This document shows positions 1-10,069 of a DNA stretch of 64,000 bases, in pieces. Location: positions 2,245-66,244 of IMG/VR virus record IMGVR_UViG_3300034044_000048, one strand, 5' to 3'. The notes beneath the pieces were generated by a model. The model ran no database searches and had not been told where the DNA came from. It saw nothing but the letters and a program-made list of their open reading frames with translations. How positions within the stretch are numbered: position 1 is the first letter of the stretch; every line of letters begins with the position of its first letter. The stretch is from a virus. Its lineage: Duplodnaviria; Caudoviricetes. Made by a program: the position numbers and the translations under genes.

Positions 1-414
1 AAAGGTATGGATTTAGGATTTGGATTTGCATATACTTCTTATGTTATTCCTTTCTTAGCAAATGTTAAATTTGTATTGAATCCTGCTTTTGACAACTTAC
101 ATACAAATGATATTGAAAATCCAATCATTGATGGTCATCCATTATCTTCTTACTCATTTATTATTTTTGATATTACAGATTCAGGAAATGATAACATCTT
201 TTTATTAAAACTTAAATGGGATAATCAATTGAAATGGTGGTATCAAAATGGTACAATGGATTACATGGGAAGAACTCAAGGGTTCCAATCATCTGGTCAG
301 TTTAATGGATATAGAGTTATGATGACTCAAACAATGCCAACAATCTGGGTTAAAGATCCAACTAAAGTATTAAAAATTGTTATGAGAAACCCAATTACAG
401 GAGGCTCATTCTAA
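1..414 (+). CDS. Major capsid protein, C-terminal fragment (gene starts upstream of the window), crAss-like
   Basis: Frame is open from base 1. C-terminus (...GYRVMMTQTMPTIWVKDPTKVLKIVMRNP) resembles crAss-like MCP ends; followed by a strong terminator and by the genes that normally follow MCP. Confidence 0.75.
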   Translation, partial: KGMDLGFGFAYTSYVIPFLANVKFVLNPAFDNLHTNDIENPIIDGHPLSSYSFIIFDITDSGNDNIFLLKLKWDNQLKWWYQNGTMDYMGRTQGFQSSGQFNGYRVMMTQTMPTIWVKDPTKVLKIVMRNPITGGSF

Positions 415-430
415 AATAATACACTTAAAT

Positions 431-462
431 AAAAAGGGAGAATTTAAAACTTTCTCCCTTTT
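431..462 (+). terminator. Rho-independent terminator after MCP
   Basis: aaaagggaga-loop-tctccctttt hairpin with a T tract. Confidence 0.8.
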
Positions 463-540
463 AATACTTGGTAATAAAAACTATGATAGGATTGCACCCT
501 ATACCAAGTACTATTATAAACCAACAAAAATAAAATAAAT

Positions 541-1551
541 ATGTCTTTTACAAAAGTAGAAACACCAGGAATTAAAATTAATTCAAAAGTTAGAATTAAA
601 CCATTTTTTGATCCTTCAAAAGAAAATATGGGATTAGAAAAATACAACATGGTTGTTTATGAAGGAGTTTATCATTCAGAACAATTAGCATGTTTAGAAC
701 ACAATGGTATAAAAAGGTACATAACAGGATTGAATGAATTTGATAAATCAGTTCAACTTTTACCAGAAGAAGAAAAAGAAGCAAAAATAAAAGAGATAAG
801 AAAAACAGTATCTCATTTAGAAAAAGTATTAGCTGCAAATGTAATAGATCCTGAAGATCCTGATTTTTGGAATAAAGTTAAATTGTTACATCCTTCAAAT
901 TCTGAGTTTTGGGATAGAATAGAATTAAGAGTTGGAAATGATACTACTTTTTTAGATTCAAAAGATCCATATGATTTAATAAAATTACATGCTATTAAAG
1001 CAGGAGGATTTTCTATACTTGCCCCTTCTTTTGAAGAAGCAAAAAATAGATCAGAAAGTCCAAAATTTTATTTAGATGTAGATGATGTTACAATTGTTTC
1101 TAAAAATGAATTTAGAAAAATAAGAAATAAAGCTTTAGGATTATTACAAGAATTATATGATAAAAATTCAAATAAACTATTATATGTTACAAAAGTAGTT
1201 AGTGTATCATCTGCTCATTTTAAGAAATCTACACCTAATGATGTTTTATATGAATCAATGGATAATTATATTAATGGTTTAGGAGAAGAAAAATCAAAAA
1301 CTAAAGCACCTCAAAGATTTTTAGATATAGCAAGATTATCTCTTAAAGATCTAAAAATGAAAGCTATGATTAAAGATGCTATCTTTTATAAATTTATTAT
1401 ATTAAAATCAGATGGTTATTTATATCATGCTGACACTAGTAGTTTATTAGGTAAAAATATAGCAGACGTGGCTGAATATTTGAGTAATCCATTAAATGAA
1501 GATATTTTAACTAAACTATTAAGTTCAGTTGATGAACAATGGAATAAATAA
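541..1551 (+). CDS. Conserved crAss-like protein downstream of MCP, function unknown
   Basis: 336-aa ORF with A-rich leader; position directly after MCP as in crAss-like capsid modules. Confidence 0.6.
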   Translation: MSFTKVETPGIKINSKVRIKPFFDPSKENMGLEKYNMVVYEGVYHSEQLACLEHNGIKRYITGLNEFDKSVQLLPEEEKEAKIKEIRKTVSHLEKVLAANVIDPEDPDFWNKVKLLHPSNSEFWDRIELRVGNDTTFLDSKDPYDLIKLHAIKAGGFSILAPSFEEAKNRSESPKFYLDVDDVTIVSKNEFRKIRNKALGLLQELYDKNSNKLLYVTKVVSVSSAHFKKSTPNDVLYESMDNYINGLGEEKSKTKAPQRFLDIARLSLKDLKMKAMIKDAIFYKFIILKSDGYLYHADTSSLLGKNIADVAEYLSNPLNEDILTKLLSSVDEQWNK

Positions 1552-1553
1552 AA

Positions 1554-2261
1554 ATGAATAACTCAACTATAATATTAAAGGTTGAAGAAAGACTCAACAA
1601 ATTATCAAGTAATGACTATGATAATATTGAGTGTTGGCAAATAGTTGAAGCTTTTAACAAAGCTCAAATTGAGTGGGTTAGAAGACAGTTAAGAGGAGCT
1701 AACTTATACAGAGATGGTGATGAAAATTCAAGAAGAAGAATAGATGATATTCAAAGATTATTAATAGATGTTCCTTTATCAATTACAGATAAAGGACTCT
1801 ATTTTGAATCTTTAAATGAATTACCTGATAATTATCTTGAATTTAAAAGAATAGATGTAGAAGCTAAAAAAGATTGTTGTGAAAATTCAATTGTAATGGC
1901 TGTATATTTAGCAGAAGAAGATAATAGAAGTCAGCTATTAAGAGATGAACATAAAAATCCATCTTTTGAATGGGGAGAAACTTTTTGTACTTTAATAGGA
2001 AATAAAGTAAGAATTTTTACTAATAATAAATTTTCTTTAGAAAATGCAAAATTGACATATTATAGATTTCCTATATACATTGAAGTTAATGGTTGTGTTG
2101 ATCCTTATACTTCTAATATGAGTACTCAAGATATAAATTGTGAGTTTAAAGATGATATTATAGAATTATTAATTGATGAAGCTGTTGCTATTATTGCTGG
2201 AGATATTGAATCTGGTAATCAATTTAGTAGAGGTAGTGAATCAGCTGAAAGAAATAACTAA
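1554..2261 (+). CDS. Putative tail ring / head-tail connector protein
   Basis: 235 aa; N-terminal helical AFNKAQ segment and C-terminal CEF...IIELLIDEAV segment like crAss ring proteins; synteny. Confidence 0.6.
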   Translation: MNNSTIILKVEERLNKLSSNDYDNIECWQIVEAFNKAQIEWVRRQLRGANLYRDGDENSRRRIDDIQRLLIDVPLSITDKGLYFESLNELPDNYLEFKRIDVEAKKDCCENSIVMAVYLAEEDNRSQLLRDEHKNPSFEWGETFCTLIGNKVRIFTNNKFSLENAKLTYYRFPIYIEVNGCVDPYTSNMSTQDINCEFKDDIIELLIDEAVAIIAGDIESGNQFSRGSESAERNN

Positions 2262-2264
2262 AAG

Positions 2265-2741
2265 ATGAAAGAAAAAAAAACATTAAAAAAACCTTCTTTT
2301 TTTACAATGGAACCTATGAGTCATGAAAAGAAAGAAGAAAAAAAAGAATCTTATGATGAAGAACATGAAGAGTTTGTGAGAATGTTACCCATTTATTTAT
2401 CAAAATTAATGGGAGCAACTACTAAAGGTCATTTAGCTCATTTAACAACTGAAAGTTATTCTGTTCATAAAGCTCTTGATGATTTTTATAAAGGGATTGT
2501 TGATTTAGTAGATAGTGTTGTTGAACAAATTCAAGGAAAATATGAAAAACTTATAGACATAAGTATTGTTACAGCTAATTCATTAAAAACAACAAGAGAA
2601 GTAGTAGAATATTTAAATAGCTTATATGAATTAATTAATGAAATGCAAGAAGGTTGCAATTCAAGTGAAATCATAAATACCTTAGATGAAATTAAATCTC
2701 TTATTAACAAAACAAAATATAAATTATTATTTTTAAAATAA
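2265..2741 (+). CDS. Ferritin/Dps-like four-helix-bundle protein (DUF5856-like)
   Basis: HLAHL...YSVHKALDDFY...DSVVEQIQG and C-terminal DEI...INKTKYKL pattern typical of phage Dps-like proteins. Confidence 0.65.
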   Translation: MKEKKTLKKPSFFTMEPMSHEKKEEKKESYDEEHEEFVRMLPIYLSKLMGATTKGHLAHLTTESYSVHKALDDFYKGIVDLVDSVVEQIQGKYEKLIDISIVTANSLKTTREVVEYLNSLYELINEMQEGCNSSEIINTLDEIKSLINKTKYKLLFLK

Positions 2742-2779
2742 TTAGGAATTTTATATAAAATTCTTTATATTATAGTATA
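2742..2779 (+). promoter_or_regulatory. Candidate phage late promoter (A-run/T-run-TATATTA)
   Basis: Similar motifs occur in the intergenic gaps at ~7385-7420 and ~18915-18951; the AT-rich background weakens significance. Confidence 0.35.
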
Positions 2780-2810
2780 TATATTTATTAACAAAAACAA
2801 AAAATAGAAA

Positions 2811-4208
2811 ATGGCTTATTTTAATCATGCTTTTCAAAAAGTATTCTGGGCAGGTGGAACTTCAGGATACATTAATACAGCAGGTGTAAACTCTGTTGAT
2901 TTAAAACCTACTTATGGTGTAGGTGCAGTTACTTTTGCTGATCAATCAGCTCCAGGGTATCCCTCTGTGGCGGTTGCTCCAACAGGAGGGGAACCTTTAA
3001 CATTAGTAGCTACTTCATTGTATCAAAACGATACAATAGGACCTTTTAATGGAGGTTATCATGAAACTACTAAATCTAAAATGATAAACCCTAAGTTTAT
3101 CAGTAAATTTTATGTAGTTGAACCAAAAACTCCATTAACTCACATTATAGGAGTTGGTGCAACACCTAATTTAAATTTATCTGGAGCAGATGCAGAATGT
3201 TGTCCTACTTTTTACTGTAATGAAACTTATGGTATTAGATTTGATTTAAAAGGATCTCCAGCATTAAGACTTTTAAACCATAATGCTTATCATGTTTCTT
3301 GTGGTTATACAGGATGTTGTTCAGGACCTACTCCTGAATTAGTAGATCCTGCAGATGTAATGTTTGCATGGATGGCAGATGTTTTAGAAGATCCTATTTT
3401 ATCTGGTGTTTATGAACAAAGACAAAGATTAGTAAATGTTGGTGTAACTGTTACATGTGATAATGGAGCTACTTGGGATTTATATTTACCAGCAAATCCA
3501 ACAGCAGGTGTTGCAGGTACTTATTTTGAAGCAGATGGTGTTACATTAACTGCAGATGCTATAGCTTTTCAAAATGATTTGCAAAATAGTACAGGAGTAA
3601 CTTTTACAAATGTTCAACCTTCTACTGCATATACTTCAATCTTCGACCCTGCTAACCCTAACTGTTGTGCAGGTTTAGTAATGCAATCAGCATTTGTAGA
3701 AACTAAATTTGGAGATTGTACTTTCCAAACATCAGATCATTATGAAATTGAACCTTTATTGATTCAAGCATCTATGGTTGATGAAACAGGAGATCCATGT
3801 GTATTTAAACAATTATGTATTTCAGATGGTATTACTCCTTCTGGTACTAATAGTCAAACTGTATATCCTGCTATTCAATTTGGAACTCAAGCAATGGGTA
3901 CTGGTGAAAGTGTTTTAAGAGATCTTATTTTATCAGAAAGATATGGTCAAAATCATTTTCATACTGATCTAAGAATTAGAGAGATAACACAAGGAGATGA
4001 TATTACAGCAGCAGTAAATAGAAATGCACTATATGCTTGTTATTTCATCTTACACTCTGTTCCAAGATATAACAACCCAACAGGGACTTTTGATAATGAT
4101 CAATATTTACTAGCTATTCCTATGGCAGCTAGAGATACTAACTTTGAGAATTTCATGGCTTCATGGTTAGCAGGTGCTAATAACCCTACAACACTACAAG
4201 TATACTAA
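2811..4208 (+). CDS. Abundant virion structural protein (probable auxiliary capsid/decoration protein)
   Basis: 465 aa starting MAYFNHAF; Gly/Ala/Thr/Cys-rich; flanked by its own candidate promoter and terminator, suggesting high expression. Confidence 0.55.
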   Translation: MAYFNHAFQKVFWAGGTSGYINTAGVNSVDLKPTYGVGAVTFADQSAPGYPSVAVAPTGGEPLTLVATSLYQNDTIGPFNGGYHETTKSKMINPKFISKFYVVEPKTPLTHIIGVGATPNLNLSGADAECCPTFYCNETYGIRFDLKGSPALRLLNHNAYHVSCGYTGCCSGPTPELVDPADVMFAWMADVLEDPILSGVYEQRQRLVNVGVTVTCDNGATWDLYLPANPTAGVAGTYFEADGVTLTADAIAFQNDLQNSTGVTFTNVQPSTAYTSIFDPANPNCCAGLVMQSAFVETKFGDCTFQTSDHYEIEPLLIQASMVDETGDPCVFKQLCISDGITPSGTNSQTVYPAIQFGTQAMGTGESVLRDLILSERYGQNHFHTDLRIREITQGDDITAAVNRNALYACYFILHSVPRYNNPTGTFDNDQYLLAIPMAARDTNFENFMASWLAGANNPTTLQVY

Positions 4209-4233
4209 TACTTATAGTATAATAACTAATATA

Positions 4234-4273
4234 AAAGGGAGAGTGAGATATAATTTCTCCTCTCCTTTTTTTT
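4234..4273 (+). terminator. Rho-independent terminator
   Basis: aaagggagagtgaga...tctcctctcctttttttt imperfect hairpin plus T tract. Confidence 0.75.
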
Positions 4274-4287
4274 AATTCATATAAAAA

Positions 4288-4833
4288 ATGGCAAAACATA
4301 GTTTAAGTTTAGAAGTTTTAGAAACAAGAAATGAGTGTCAATTATGTATAATAGATACAAGTATCTATGCTGATAAATTACCAATTGATTGCCCTTATAT
4401 TGATATTTTAGTTCCTGGTTTTACTTGTGCTGTTAGACTAGAAGTTCAACCTAGATTTTGCAATCTTTGTTTTACAGCTTGTGATTTAACAATTCAAACT
4501 TCAGATTGTGGTATTGTATTTAATTCATTACCTGATGGTGTTTATGCTATTAGATATAGTGTTTCTCCAAATGAATATGTTTATGTTGAATATAATCATT
4601 TAAGAATTGCAAAAGCTTTAAATAAATTAAATGAATTATATTGCACAATAGATTCTGGTAATTGTGAACCTTCTGAAAAAAATAAATCATTATTAAAAAA
4701 AGCACAAGAAATTGAAACTTTATTAAAGGCTGCTAAAGCTAAAGTTGAATACTGTCATGAGCCAAAAGAAGGAATGGATTTATATGAATTTGCAATGAAA
4801 AAATTAAATAAAATAAATTGTTCAACTTGTTAA
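4288..4833 (+). CDS. Cys-rich virion structural protein (possible tail hub)
   Basis: 181 aa, LPDGVYAIRYSV beta segment followed by a helical C-terminus; within the structural cluster. Confidence 0.5.
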   Translation: MAKHSLSLEVLETRNECQLCIIDTSIYADKLPIDCPYIDILVPGFTCAVRLEVQPRFCNLCFTACDLTIQTSDCGIVFNSLPDGVYAIRYSVSPNEYVYVEYNHLRIAKALNKLNELYCTIDSGNCEPSEKNKSLLKKAQEIETLLKAAKAKVEYCHEPKEGMDLYEFAMKKLNKINCSTC

Positions 4834-4845
4834 AACCAATAAAAA

Positions 4846-5040
4846 ATGGCAAATTGTTTAAATTGTAAAAGAGAATTAAGTTGTTCTTGTAAAAGAAGAA
4901 CTGCCTCAAATGGAAAATCTGTTTGTACCTATTGTTTATCTACTTATGAACAAATAATAGCTAAGAATAAAAATTTAAATATCAAAGTTAGTGCTAAAGA
5001 TAATGAACCTACTATAATTAACGTAAATGTAAATAAATAA
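4846..5040 (+). CDS. Small Cys-rich protein (CxxC...CxC...CxxC)
   Basis: 64 aa with six Cys; TAATG coupling to the next gene. Confidence 0.55.
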   Translation: MANCLNCKRELSCSCKRRTASNGKSVCTYCLSTYEQIIAKNKNLNIKVSAKDNEPTIINVNVNK

Positions 5041-7103
5041 TGCCTAATTATAAAACATATGTTGTAGGAAATAATGATAAAATCTTTAGAAAAGATGATA
5101 ATCAAGGCTCTTGGATAGATGTATCTCCTAATTCTATAAATGCAGCTCTTTCTTTATCTGATGTAATGACAGATCCTTCTGACCCTAATAAAGTCATAGC
5201 TATAGGTCAAAAGCAAAGAATAAACAATTCAACATCAGGTCAAGGTATTATTGTTTCTAATGATGCAGGTGTTACTTGGACTACTCCTGGTGGAGATTGG
5301 TTGCCTTCTTCCGGAGCTTATGTTTTAGATTTTAAAGAGATATGGTTTGTTGATTCAAATGTTATATGGGTTGTAGGTTCTAAGGGTTTAGTGGTTAAAT
5401 CAACTGATGGTGGTTTAACTTTTAATAGAACTAATCAAATACCAATAACTAATTTAATTACAGTAAATATAGGTAATACTACCACACAACAAGATGGCAA
5501 CTTTACTCATGCAATTCATGCTATAAGTTCAGATGTAGCAATTGTTAGTTGTACAGATGGTATAGGGGGTTATGAATGTTACATTTTTAAAACTACAGAT
5601 GGAGGTGTTACATGGTCTTTACTGAATGGAGGGAACAGTTTGTCTTTATCACCAAATCCTTATAATTATGGAGGATTATTTCAGTCTAGTGAAGGAATTT
5701 GGATGTCTAATGATGAACAAGTTATAATAGTCATTACAGAACCTTTAACTTATAAATCTACTGATGGAGGTTCTACTTTTAATATCATAGAACCTGACGG
5801 TTTAACTACAAAAAATAGAAACTTTCATTTAACATGGTATCCTTCATATACACCTGTTAATTATAAAATAACAGGTACACATGAACCAGATGCTTGTATT
5901 ATTAAAGAAACCACAGATGTAGGATTAACTTGGAATTGTTCACAAAGCTTTGAAGGAAAGTCTTCTAGAGCTGCTCATTTTTATTCACTTTTAGAAGGTT
6001 ATTACATAATAGATAATGGTATTTATCATTCTTCTGATAATGGTTTAACCTCAGATGTTGGACCTGATACTTTTACAGATGCACAAGTTTTATTTGCTGT
6101 ATGGACAGGTAAAGAAGATTCAACTTTTTGTTATACTGCAATAAATTGCAAAGATGATACAGAAATTATCAATATTCAATTTGACACACAAGTAGATACA
6201 TCTTTAATATATACTTTTAATGAGTACCCTGATAAATGTTGGTCTTTAATAACTAATGAAAATTGTGCAGGAACTTTTGTAAATGTCACTTTAAATACAA
6301 ATTATATTACATGTAATGATTGTTTAGGGTATTGTTATAATTTAATTTCTTGCAATGGAGAATGTGAAGATTTAATAAATGTACAAGCAGATGTTGATTT
6401 TAATGTAACCCCTGGAGAATTAGTTATAACAGATTATAATTCAGAATGTGTATATAAAATATATCCATTGTATGAATATTATTTTTTAATGAAAAAAACT
6501 AATCAGTTTTCTTCATTATCAGGACCATTGCAAAACGGAGCTATATATAAATTCACTATAACATCTATTGAAATAAATAATGTAGAGCAACTGCAAGCAC
6601 CTATCAATCCTTATTATATGGATTTAAATAGTTATAACCCTTTATATTGTGTTAATAATAACTGCTCATCTGCATTAATAAATACTTTTGAAAATTCTTG
6701 GTCTAATTTAGTTGATTATTTAAATTTTAATTTTCAGCAATTAAATTTACCATTACAAGCAATAAATACAGGATCTAGTCCTTGTGAAAACATAAGATAT
6801 TCAAATTTTATAATACAAGCTTCTTCTGATTTTAAAATTGTAATTACAGAATCACAAACTAATTCAAATAGTATAATAACTTATACTTATGAAGTAAATT
6901 CAGGAAATGTAATAACCACTATTGATATTAATGGAAATTCTATTAACACTTTTGATGGTTGTGGTGGTAAATTAAAATGTATAGAGAATGAATTTATATA
7001 TTTAATTGACCAATATTCTGGCACATGTCCAGATTCAAAAAAAGAATGTAAATCTCAAAATAGAATTATTAATCCTAATTTTAAAATAAAAGGTTGTGAA
7101 TAA
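5040..7103 (+). CDS. Asp-box/BNR-repeat beta-propeller protein with Cys-rich C-terminal domains (putative fibre/receptor-binding protein)
   Basis: Repeats SNDAGVTW, STDGGLTF, TTDGGVTW, STDGGSTF, TTDVGLTW, SSDNGLTS match the SxDxGxTW Asp-box. Confidence 0.7.
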   Translation: MPNYKTYVVGNNDKIFRKDDNQGSWIDVSPNSINAALSLSDVMTDPSDPNKVIAIGQKQRINNSTSGQGIIVSNDAGVTWTTPGGDWLPSSGAYVLDFKEIWFVDSNVIWVVGSKGLVVKSTDGGLTFNRTNQIPITNLITVNIGNTTTQQDGNFTHAIHAISSDVAIVSCTDGIGGYECYIFKTTDGGVTWSLLNGGNSLSLSPNPYNYGGLFQSSEGIWMSNDEQVIIVITEPLTYKSTDGGSTFNIIEPDGLTTKNRNFHLTWYPSYTPVNYKITGTHEPDACIIKETTDVGLTWNCSQSFEGKSSRAAHFYSLLEGYYIIDNGIYHSSDNGLTSDVGPDTFTDAQVLFAVWTGKEDSTFCYTAINCKDDTEIINIQFDTQVDTSLIYTFNEYPDKCWSLITNENCAGTFVNVTLNTNYITCNDCLGYCYNLISCNGECEDLINVQADVDFNVTPGELVITDYNSECVYKIYPLYEYYFLMKKTNQFSSLSGPLQNGAIYKFTITSIEINNVEQLQAPINPYYMDLNSYNPLYCVNNNCSSALINTFENSWSNLVDYLNFNFQQLNLPLQAINTGSSPCENIRYSNFIIQASSDFKIVITESQTNSNSIITYTYEVNSGNVITTIDINGNSINTFDGCGGKLKCIENEFIYLIDQYSGTCPDSKKECKSQNRIINPNFKIKGCE

Positions 7104-7392
7104 ATTAAAATACATAAAAGAAAAATGTGATTTTGCAAAAGCTGTTTATAATAAATATCTTGAAGAAAGTTATGGTATTAGTATTTGTTGTGATTTAGAT
7201 TTTGAAAAGTCTTTTGTTAAAGTAAGATTACAGGAACTTGCTTCAATATATGATGAAAAAGCTTGTGTTGTTCAGCAACCTATAATAGAGTGTTGTTATC
7301 CTCCGTGTGAAGTTAATGCTGAATTATTTGTTGTAATTCCAGAGCCTTGTGAAGAATGTGAAATAATATCTGTTGAATTTTCAATTGGATAA
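7096..7392 (+). CDS. Small Cys-rich structural protein (GTG start)
   Basis: 98 aa; overlaps the upstream stop; YGISICC motif. Confidence 0.5.
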   Translation: MNKLKYIKEKCDFAKAVYNKYLEESYGISICCDLDFEKSFVKVRLQELASIYDEKACVVQQPIIECCYPPCEVNAELFVVIPEPCEECEIISVEFSIG

Positions 7393-7438
7393 ATGATAAA
7401 AATTTTGTATATTAATAATAAGAGTAAAAATATTTTTT

Positions 7439-8965
7439 ATGTTACCTACTAATTCAGAAATTGCTAAAAAATACGGTTGCAGTCCTACTTCATCAAATTG
7501 TGTAGTTTGGCAGGGACCTGATATAGAATGTATATCTTTATGTAAAGGAGATACAATAACAGATGTTGTATATAAATTGGCGACTGAATTATGTATAATA
7601 ATGGAACAATTTAATCTTAACAACTATGATTTATCATGTTTAAGATCAGATTCAACATTAACAATAAACAATTTACAAGATTTAATACAACTACTTTTAA
7701 CAAGACAATGTAGTATTTTAGAGGGTAATAGTGATGGAAGTCCTATTACAATTTCTAATGATGTTTGTCCAACAAACTGTATTGTACCAATTGCTAAATG
7801 TTTTGAATTTACAAATTCACAAGGAGATCTTGAAAATTCAATGCCTTTATTAGATTATATAAATGCTATAGGAAATAGAGTTTGTTCAATAGTCGATACT
7901 TTAAATACTACTAATAATAGTTTAATAAATACTAGATCTCTTTTAGATTCTACAAATAAAAACATAGAAATATTAGATAATCAAAAAGCAAGTAAAACAT
8001 CTTTACAATATCAATTAAATATAAAAACAGATGGTCTTTCTGAAACATTATTTGTAACAGATGCTTTAAGAAAAGTTGAAAATGAGACTATTAAATCAAA
8101 AGAAGCACTAGGTACTATTGAAAATGTATTTGATGCTATAGTAACAGAAGGAACTATACCTGAAGAAGATCAATTATCTTCTCAAGGAAAAGTTAAAAAT
8201 ATTTTAGGTTATATATTTAAACCTAAAAATATATCAGAATCTCTTACTAATTTGTGGTTAAATATAAGTGATTTAAGAAAAAGTGTAAAATTTATACTTG
8301 ATAACTGGGATAGGAATAGTTGTAATAGTCTTTTTTTAAATTTCCAAACTCAACTATCAGGAACAAGAATTAAATTATATGTAAATGGTTCAACAGGTTT
8401 TACATCAGATTGGGAAGAAATAGGTAATAAAACTGAAATTATAATAAAAGATAAAGATGGTAATGTAACAACAACTAGTTTTACATTATTTAGTTATTTA
8501 TCTGATCCTTCTGGATTTACTATTGATTTAGCACCTACACCAATAGATATAACTAAAGATATTGAAGTAATCCTTGTTACAAAATTTAGAAATAAAGTAT
8601 CAAATACAACTTGTGAAAAAGAATATAAAGATGTTATATATTCAGAAGTTGTATGTCCTTCTGTTACTTTTTCTGTATCTTCTGATTCTATTAATTATCA
8701 ATTTAACTCAACAAAAGGATTTACATATAAATTAAATCTTTATTATTCAGGAAGTACAAATGTTTTAGAAACTCAAATAATTACATCACCTCCTCCTTCA
8801 GTTAATAATTCTTTTATGAATTTAAAAGAAAATACTGATTATGAGTTAGAATTAATTGTAGTTAATTGTTTAAATCAAGAAACTGTTTGTGATAAAAATT
8901 ATTTTAAAACATTAACAAGTCCTTGTTTACCTGTGATTAATGTAACAGCAACCCTAACATATTAA
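7439..8965 (+). CDS. Putative tail fibre/structural protein with C-terminal fibronectin type III-like domain
   Basis: Cys-rich N-terminal domain (NCVVWQGPDIEC), coiled-coil middle, and FMNLKENTDYELEL FN3-like signature. Confidence 0.6.
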   Translation: MLPTNSEIAKKYGCSPTSSNCVVWQGPDIECISLCKGDTITDVVYKLATELCIIMEQFNLNNYDLSCLRSDSTLTINNLQDLIQLLLTRQCSILEGNSDGSPITISNDVCPTNCIVPIAKCFEFTNSQGDLENSMPLLDYINAIGNRVCSIVDTLNTTNNSLINTRSLLDSTNKNIEILDNQKASKTSLQYQLNIKTDGLSETLFVTDALRKVENETIKSKEALGTIENVFDAIVTEGTIPEEDQLSSQGKVKNILGYIFKPKNISESLTNLWLNISDLRKSVKFILDNWDRNSCNSLFLNFQTQLSGTRIKLYVNGSTGFTSDWEEIGNKTEIIIKDKDGNVTTTSFTLFSYLSDPSGFTIDLAPTPIDITKDIEVILVTKFRNKVSNTTCEKEYKDVIYSEVVCPSVTFSVSSDSINYQFNSTKGFTYKLNLYYSGSTNVLETQIITSPPPSVNNSFMNLKENTDYELELIVVNCLNQETVCDKNYFKTLTSPCLPVINVTATLTY

Positions 8966-8969
8966 AAAA

Positions 8970-9737
8970 ATGGCAGAAGATTGTAAAAAAGAAAATTGTA
9001 ACCCTTGTAGAAATGCTATATTAGTACCAACTACATACAGTAATAATCCAGAAGCCTGTCCTGTTTCATCAGAAACTTGTTCAGAAATTTTTGATATAGA
9101 ATGTATATGTTGGACAGGAGTTGATATTTGTGAATTTAATATTAAAAAAGGAGATAGATTAAGATCTATTATAGATAAATTGTTTTTAGGATTAAACACA
9201 TTAGGATGTGAATATTCAAATTCTTTAGCAACAATAGAAACTCTTGAGCAAGAAATAACAAACTTAACTTCTCAAATTCAATCAATCCCACAACCTCAAC
9301 CTCTTGTAAATTATTTTGCTGAAGATAACACAACTGCTGTAATTGATTCTTCTACATATTATTTTCCTCATGTAAATTATCAAGCTTTATCATACACAAA
9401 CCCAGCCTCAGTTTCTAAAACATTTATAGTTCATACAAACTTTACAATAGAATCTGATGGGATTAATGAAATAATAAATACAGTATTTGGTGGAATAATA
9501 AGAACTGATGTTAATTCTATAGATACAACAGAAACAGAAGTTAATACTTATATAGAAACTACCACACCTAATCCTGGAACAAATGGAGCAAATGTAATTA
9601 CCACTAATTTTCATATAATGAAAAAAATAACATTACAACCAAATGAAACAGTTTCTTTAAAATTTAGAAATATTACAGGAATGAGCGGAACTAATTTAAA
9701 GAAAGCTCAATTTTTTATAAATGAATTAAATAATTAA
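8970..9737 (+). CDS. Putative fibre protein; N-terminal domain paralogous to 7439..8965
   Basis: ECICWTGVDICEFNIKKGDRLRSIIDKL aligns with NCVVWQGPDIECISLCKGDTITDVVYKL; short coiled coil then a beta-rich head. Confidence 0.55.
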   Translation: MAEDCKKENCNPCRNAILVPTTYSNNPEACPVSSETCSEIFDIECICWTGVDICEFNIKKGDRLRSIIDKLFLGLNTLGCEYSNSLATIETLEQEITNLTSQIQSIPQPQPLVNYFAEDNTTAVIDSSTYYFPHVNYQALSYTNPASVSKTFIVHTNFTIESDGINEIINTVFGGIIRTDVNSIDTTETEVNTYIETTTPNPGTNGANVITTNFHIMKKITLQPNETVSLKFRNITGMSGTNLKKAQFFINELNN

Positions 9738-9739
9738 TT

Positions 9740-10069
9740 ATGGCAAGTTGTGGATGTATAAGGTGTAACAATTTTGGAAGTAATACTGACTGTTTATCAG
9801 CAACTGATTTACAAGTTGGAAATATTACAAATATTAGTGTTGATTTAATGTGGGTTAATAATTCTCAAATATCAACGGGAATTTCTGTTGAATATAAAGA
9901 TCCGTCTTCTTCTACATGGACCATTTTACCAACATTAGCTTCTACTATAAATAACATAACATTAACGGGCTTAACACCTAATACTGATTATGACATAAGA
10001 ATAAATACTATATGTGGTGAAGAGTTACCATGTATGTCTTTAACAATTAAAATTAAAACTTTAGAATAA
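9740..10069 (+). CDS. Fibronectin type III domain protein
   Basis: LQVGNITNISVDLMW...VEYK...W...LTGLTPNTDYDIRINTIC is a canonical FN3 pattern. Confidence 0.75.
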   Translation: MASCGCIRCNNFGSNTDCLSATDLQVGNITNISVDLMWVNNSQISTGISVEYKDPSSSTWTILPTLASTINNITLTGLTPNTDYDIRINTICGEELPCMSLTIKIKTLE

